Shown: positions 57,300 through 64,000 of the stretch, in pieces
How positions within the stretch are numbered: the first letter of the stretch is position 1
Layout of the letters: each line of letters begins with the position of its first letter
Assembly (NCBI RefSeq): GCF_009914755.1
Contig: NC_060925.1
Strand: one strand, 5' to 3'
DNA length: 64,000 nt
From: the human T2T-CHM13v2.0 reference genome, Homo sapiens
Program-made: the position numbers and the translations under genes
Notes under the pieces: generated by a model
Seen by the model: the letters and a program-made list of their open reading frames with translations, nothing else
What the model was told of the DNA's origin: nothing
Database searches by the model: none

Positions 57300-60200
57300 G
57301 AATGGAATCATCCTCAGATGGAAATGAATGGAATTGTCATAGAATGGAATCGAATGGATTCATTGAATGGAATCAGATGGAATCATCGAATGGACTGGAA
57401 TGGAATCATTGAATGGACTCGAAAGGGATCATTATTGAATGGAATTGAATGGAATCATCGAATGGTCTCGATTGGAATCATTATCAAATGGAATCGAATG
57501 GAATCACCGAATAGAATCGAATGGAACAATCATCGAATGGACTCAAATGGAATTATCCTCAAATGGAATGGAATGGAATTATCGAATGCAATCGAATGAA
57601 ATTATCGAATGCAATCGAATAGAATCATCGAATGGACTCGAATGGAATCATCGAATGGAATGGAATGGAACAGTCAATGAACTCGAATGGAATCATCATT
57701 GAATGGAATCGAATGGAATCATCGAGTGGAATCGAATGGAATTATGATCAAATGGAATCGAATGTAATCATCATCAAATGGAATCAAAAATAACCATCAT
57801 CAATTGGTATTGAATGGAATTCTCATCAAATGGAATTCAAAGGAATCATCATCAAATGGAACTGAATGGAATCCTCATTGAATGGAAATGAAAGGGGTCA
57901 TCATCTAATGGAATCGCATGGAATCATCATCAAATGGAATCGAATGGAATCACCATCAAATGGAATCTGATGGAAACATTGAACAGAATTGAATGGAATC
58001 GTCATCGAATGAATTGAATGCAATCATCTCATGGTCTCGAATGTAATCACATTCTAATGGAAAGGAATGGAATCATCGCATAGAATCGAATGGAATTAAC
58101 ATTGAATGGACTCGAATGGAATCAACATCAAACGGAATCAAGCGGAAATATCGAATGGAATCGAAGAGAATCATCGAATGGACTCGAATGGAATCATCTA
58201 TTGGAATGGAATGGAATAATCCAAGGACCCGAATGCAATCATCATAGTATAGAATCGAATGGAATCATCGAATGGACTCGAATGGAATAATCATTGAACG
58301 GAATCGAATGGAATCATCATCGGATGGAAACGAATGGAATCATCATCGAATGGAAATGAAAGGAGTCATCATCTAATGGAATTGCATGGAATCATCATAA
58401 AATGGAATCGAATGGAATCAACATCAAATGGAATCAAATGGAATCATTGAACGGAATTGAATGGAATCGTCATCGAATGAATTGAATGCAATCATCGAAT
58501 GGTCTCGAATGGAATCATCTTCAAATGGAATGGAATGGAATCATCGCATAGAATCGAATGGAATTATCATCGAATGGAATCGAATGGTATCAACATCAAA
58601 CGGAAAAAAACGGAATTATCGAATGGAATCGAAGAGAGTCTTCGAAAGTAACCGAATGGAATCATCTAATGGAGTGGAATGGAATAATCCATGGACTCGA
58701 ATGCAATCATCATCGAATGGAATCGAATGGAATCATCGAATGGACTCGAATGGAATAATCATTGAACGGAATCGAATGGAATCATCATCGGATGGAAATA
58801 AATGGAATGATCATCGAATGGAATCGAATATAATTATGGAATGAAATCCAGTGTGATCATCATCGAATGGTCCCGAATGGAATCATCATCCAACGGAAGC
58901 TAATGGAATCAACATCGAATGAATCGAATGGAAACACCATCGAATTGAAACGAATGGAATTATCATGAAATTGAAATGGATGGACTCATCATCGAATGGA
59001 TTCGAATGGAATCATCGAATAAAATTGATTGAAATCATCATCAAATGGAATCGAATGATGTCATTGAATGGGATCGAATGGAATCATCGTCAGATGGAAA
59101 TGAATGGAATCGTCATAGAATGGAATCCAATGGATTCATTGAATGGAATCAGATGGAATCATCGAATGGACTGGAATGGAATCATTGAATGGACTCGAAT
59201 GGAATCATTATTGAATGGAATTGAATGGAATCATCGAATGGTCTCGATTGGAATCATTATCAAATGGAATCGAATGGAATCACCGAATAGAATCGAATGG
59301 AACAATCATCGAATGGACTCAAATGGAATTATCCTCAAATGGAATGGAATGGAATTATCGAATGCAATCGAATGGAATTATCGAATGCAATCGAATAGAA
59401 TCATCGAATGGACTCAAATGGAATCATCGAATGGAATGGAATGGAACAGTCAATGAACTCGAATGGAATCATCATTGAATGGAATCGAATGGAATCATCG
59501 AGTGGAATCGAATGGAATTATGATCAAATGGAATCGAATGTAATCCTCATCAAATGGAATCAAAAATAACCATCATCAATTGGTATTGAATGGAATTGTC
59601 ATCAAATGGAATTCAAAGGAATCATCATCAAATGGAACCGAATGGAATCCTCATTGAATGGAAATGAAAGTGGTCATCATCTAATGGAATCGCATGGAAT
59701 CATCATCAAATGGAATCGAATGGAATCATCATCAAATGGAATCTAATGGAATCATTGAACAGAATTGAATGGAATCGTCATCGAATGAATTGAATGCAAT
59801 CATCGAATGGTCTCGAATGGAATCATCTTCAAATGGAAAGGAATGGAATCATCGCATAGAATCGAATGGAATTATCATCGAATGGAATCCAATGGTATCA
59901 ACATCAAACGGAAAAAAACGGAATTATGGAATGGAATCGAAGAGAATCTTCGAACGGACCCGAATGGAATCATCTAATGGAATGGAATGGAATAATCCAT
60001 GGACTCGAATGCAATCATCATCGAATGGAATCGAATGGAATCATCGAATGGACTCGTATGGAATAATCATTGAATGGAATCGAATGGAATCATCTTCGGA
60101 TGGAAACGAATGGAATCATCATCGAATGGAAATCAAAGGAGTCATCATCTAATGGAATTGCATGGAATCATCATAAAATGGAATCGAATGGAATCAACAT

Positions 60201-63200
60201 CAAATGGAATCAAATGGAATCATTGAACGGAATTTAATGGAATCGTCATCGAATGAATTCAATGCAATCATCGAATGGTCTCGAATGGAATCATCTTCAA
60301 ATGGAATGGAATGGAATCATCGCATAGAATCGAGTGGAATTATCATCGAATGGAGTCGAATGGAATCAACATCAAACGGAAAAAAACGAAATTATCGAAT
60401 GGAATCGAAGAGAATCTTCGAACGGACCCGAATGGAATCACCTAATGGAATGGAATGGAATAATCCATGGACTCGAATGCAATCATCATCGAATGGAATC
60501 GAATGGAATCATCAAATGGACTCGAATGGAATAAAAATTCAACGGAATCGAATGGAATCATCATCGGATGGAAATGAATTGAATCATCATCCAACGGAAG
60601 CTAATGGAATCAACATCGAATGTATCGAATGGAAACACCATCGAATTGAAACGAATGGAATTATCATGAAATTGAAATGGATGGACTCATCATCGAATGG
60701 ATTCGAATGGAATCATCGAATAAAATTGATTGAAATCATCATCGAATGGAATCGAATGGTATCATTGAATGGAATCGAATGGAATCATCATCAGATGGAA
60801 ATGAATGGAATCGTCATAGAATGGAATCGAATGGATTCATTGAATGGAATCAGATGGAATCATCGAATGGACTAGAATGGAATCATTGAATGGACTCGAA
60901 AGGGATCATTATTGAATGGAATTGAATGGAATTATCGAATGGTCTCGATTGGAATCATTATCAAATGGAATCGAATGGAATCACCGAATAGAATCGAATG
61001 GAAGAATCATCGAATCGACTCAAATGGAATCATCCTCAAATGGAATGGAATGGAATTATCGAATGCAATCGAATAGAATCATCGAATGGACTCGAATGGA
61101 ATCATCGAATGGAATGGAATGGAACAGTCAATGAACTCGAATGGAATCATCATTGAATGGAATCGAATGGAATCATCGAGTGGAATCGAATGGAATTATG
61201 ATCAAATGGAATCGAATGTAATCATCATCAAATGGAATCAAAAATAACCATCATCAATTGGTATTGAATGGAATTGTCATCAAATGGAATTCAAAGGAAT
61301 CATCATCAAATGGAACAGAATGGAATCCTCATTGAATGGAAATGAAAGGGGTCATCATCTAATGGAATCGCATGGAATCATCATCAAATGGAATCGAATG
61401 GAATCATCATCAAATGGAATCTGATGGAATCATTGACCAGAATTGAATGGAATCGTCATCGAATGAATTGAATGCAATCATCGAATGGTCTCGAATGGAA
61501 TCATCTTCTAATGGAAAGGAATGGAATCATCGCATAGAATCGAGTGGAATTAACATTAAATGGACTCGAATGGAATCAACATCAAACGGAATCAAGCGGA
61601 ATTATCGAATGGAATCGAAGAGAATCATCTAATGGACTCGAATGGAATAATCTAATGGAATTGAATGGAATAATCCACGGACTCGAATGCAATCATCATC
61701 GTATAGAATCGAATGGAATCATCAAATGGACTCGAATGGAATAATCATTGAACGGAATCGAATGGAATCATCATCGGATGGAAACGAATGGAATCATCAT
61801 CGAATGGAAATGAAAGGAGTCATCATCTAATGGAATTTCATGGAATCATCATCAAATGGAATCGAATGGAATCAACATCAAATGGAATCAAATGGAATCA
61901 TTGAACGGAATTGAATGGAATCGTCATCGAATGAATGAATGCAATCATCGAATGGTCTCGAATGGAATCATCTTCAAATGGAATGGAATGGAATCATCGC
62001 ATAGAATCGAATGGAATTATCATCGAATGGAATCGAATGGTATCAACATCAAACGGAAAATAACGGAATTATCGAATGGAATCGAAGAGAATCATCGAAC
62101 GGACCCGAATGGAATCATCTAATGGAATAGAATGGAATAATCCACGGACTCGAATGCAATCATCGTCGAATGGAATCGAATAGAATAATCGAATGGACTC
62201 GAATGGAATAATCATTGAACAGAATAGAATGGAATCATCATCGGATGGAAACGAATGGAAGCATCATCGAATGGAATCAAATAGAATTATGGAATGAAAT
62301 CCAGTGTGATCATCATCGAATGGACCCGAATGGAATCATCATCCAACGGAAGCTAATGGAATCAACATCGAATGAATCAAATGGAAACACCATCGAATTG
62401 AAACGAATGGAATTACCATGAAATTGAAATGGATGGACTCATCATCAAATGGATTCGAATGGAATCATCGAATAAAATTGATTGAAATCATCATCGAATG
62501 GAATCGAATGGTATCATTGAATGGAATCGAATGGAATCATCATCAGATGGAAATGAATGGAATCGTCATAGAATGGAATCGAATGGATTCATTGAATGGA
62601 ATCAGATGGAATCATTGAATGGACTGGAATGGAATCATTGAATGGACTCGAAAGGGATCATTATTGAATGGAATTGAATGGAATCATCGAATGGTCTCGA
62701 TTGGAATCATTATCAAATGGAATCGAATGGAATCACCGAATAGAATCGAATGGAACAATCATCGAATGGACTCAAATGGAATTATCCTCCAATGGAATGG
62801 AATGGAATTATCGAATGCAATCGAATGGAATTATCGAATGCAATCGAATAGAATCATCGAATGGACTCGAATGGAATCATCGAATGGAATGGAATGGAAC
62901 AGTCAATGAACTCGAATGGAATCATCATTGAATGGAATCGAATGGAATCATCGAGTGGAATCGAATGGAATTATGATCAAATGGAATCGAATGTAATCAT
63001 CATCAAATGGAATCAAAAATAACCATCATCAATTGGTATTGAATGGAATTGTCATCAAATGGAATTCAAAGGAATCATCATCAAATGGAACCGAATGGAA
63101 TCCTCATTGAATGGAAATGAAAGGGGTCATCATCTAATGGAATCGCATGGAATCATCATCAAATGGAATCGAATGGAATCATCATCAAATGGAATCAAAT

Positions 63201-64000
63201 GGAATCATTGAACGGAATTGAATGGAATCGTCATCGAATGAATTCAATGCAATCATCGAATGGTCTCGAATGGAATCATCTTCAAATGGAATGGAATGGA
63301 ATCATCGCATAGAATCGAGTGGAATTATCATCGAATGGAGTCGAATGGAATCAACATCAAACGGAAAAAAACGGAATTATCGAATGGAATCGAAGAGAAT
63401 CTTCGAACGGACCCGAATGGAATCACCTAATGGAATGGAATGGAATAATCCATGGACTCGAATGCAATCATCATCGAATGGAATCGAATGGAATCATCAA
63501 ATGGACTCGAATGGAATAAAAATTCAACGGAATCGAATGGAATCATCATCGGATGGAAATGAATTGAATCATCATCCAACGGAAGCTAATGGAATCAACA
63601 TCGAATGTATCGAATGGAAACACCATCGAATTGAAACGAATGGAATTATCATGAAATTGAAATGGATGGACTCATCATCGAATGGATTCGAATGGAATCA
63701 TCGAATAAAATTGATTGAAATCATCATCGAATGGAATCGAATGGTATCATTGAATGGAATCGAATGGAATCATCATCAGATGGAAATGAATGGAATCGTC
63801 ATAGAATGGAATCGAATGGATTCATTGAATGGAATCAGATGGAATCATCGAATGGACTAGAATGGAATCATTGAATTTACTCGAAAGGGATCATTATTGA
63901 ATGGAATTGAATGGAATTATCGAATGGTCTCGATTGGAATCATTATCAAATGGAATCGAATGGAATCACCGAATAGAATCGAATGCAAGAATCATCGAAT
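57300..64000 (+). repeat. More diverged HSat2 domain with distinct unit variants
   Basis: Visibly higher substitution density, a distinct A-block type (~57890-58360, ~61345-61815), 75-bp and 23-bp deletions, a 1-bp deletion near 61936 and extra EcoRI sites (60255, 63240). Confidence 0.8.

Larger units (their letters stand above)
1..64000 (+). repeat. Human satellite II (HSat2/HSATII) pericentromeric tandem array; 1,776-bp unit, ~37 copies; most likely the chr1q12 1.77-kb family (D1Z1/pUC1.77-like)
   Basis: The sequence is built throughout from GAATG/GAATC pentamers punctuated by ATC/ATCATC and rich in TCGA, the reverse complement of the HSat2 (ATTCCATTCG)2+(ATG)1-2 motif. Near-identical ORF-track peptides recur at 102, 1878, 3654, 5430 (period 1,776). 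Assignment to chr1 is inferred from unit length plus the single EcoRI site. Confidence 0.96.

Noticed and set aside
60204-60875. Longest ORF (223 aa; 212 aa copy at 63222)
   Set aside because: It is a fusion produced by the in-frame 75-bp deletion removing a stop codon; there is no evidence of coding function.
102-63860. Many 60-223 aa + strand ORFs (MESSSNE..., MELSSNG..., MKLKWMD...)
   Set aside because: They are translations of GAATG/GAATC repeats, overlap in several frames, have no recognisable domain, and are freely broken by stops and indels between units. The ATGs come from the GAATG pentamer.
1-64000. CRISPR-like or phage/prokaryotic repeat system
   Set aside because: There are no unique spacers, no cas or other genes; all sequence is tandem satellite.
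1-64000. HSat3 or alpha satellite identity
   Set aside because: Pure GGAAT runs are only about 3 copies long and ATCATC/TCGA punctuation dominates, which is the HSat2 signature. I saw no 171-bp period or CENP-B box.
1-64000. Inversion or Alu/L1/foreign insertion within the array
   Set aside because: No CATTC-strand segment or non-satellite sequence was seen, and all spacing changes are accounted for by the listed indels.

Overview
The whole 64 kb window is one uninterrupted, single-orientation tandem array of human-type classical satellite II (HSat2/HSATII). The + strand is the purine-rich (GAATG/GAATC/CATCAT) strand. The short 23/26-bp motif (e.g. GAATGGAATC GAATGGAATC ATCATC) is built into a well-conserved 1,776-bp unit with one EcoRI site per unit, about 37 copies. 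This matches the 1.77-kb EcoRI satellite (pUC1.77/D1Z1) of human chromosome 1q12. Each unit has the form A(468)+B(468)+C(840), where A and B are paralogous. I see no credible protein-coding gene, RNA gene, transposon insertion, CRISPR array or inversion; every listed ORF is a by-product of the repeat. I found no new protein-based system. The points of interest lie in the array architecture: a latent 7-unit (12,432-bp) variant order, nested duplications (21,289, 8,857, 6,634 and 2,985 bp), gains and losses of the 468-bp sub-block, phase-preserving microhomology deletions (23, 26, 75, 170 bp), gain and loss of DUX4-consensus sites (TAATGGAATCA), and a more diverged domain in the last ~7 kb. All alignments were done by eye, using the ORF track as a ruler.
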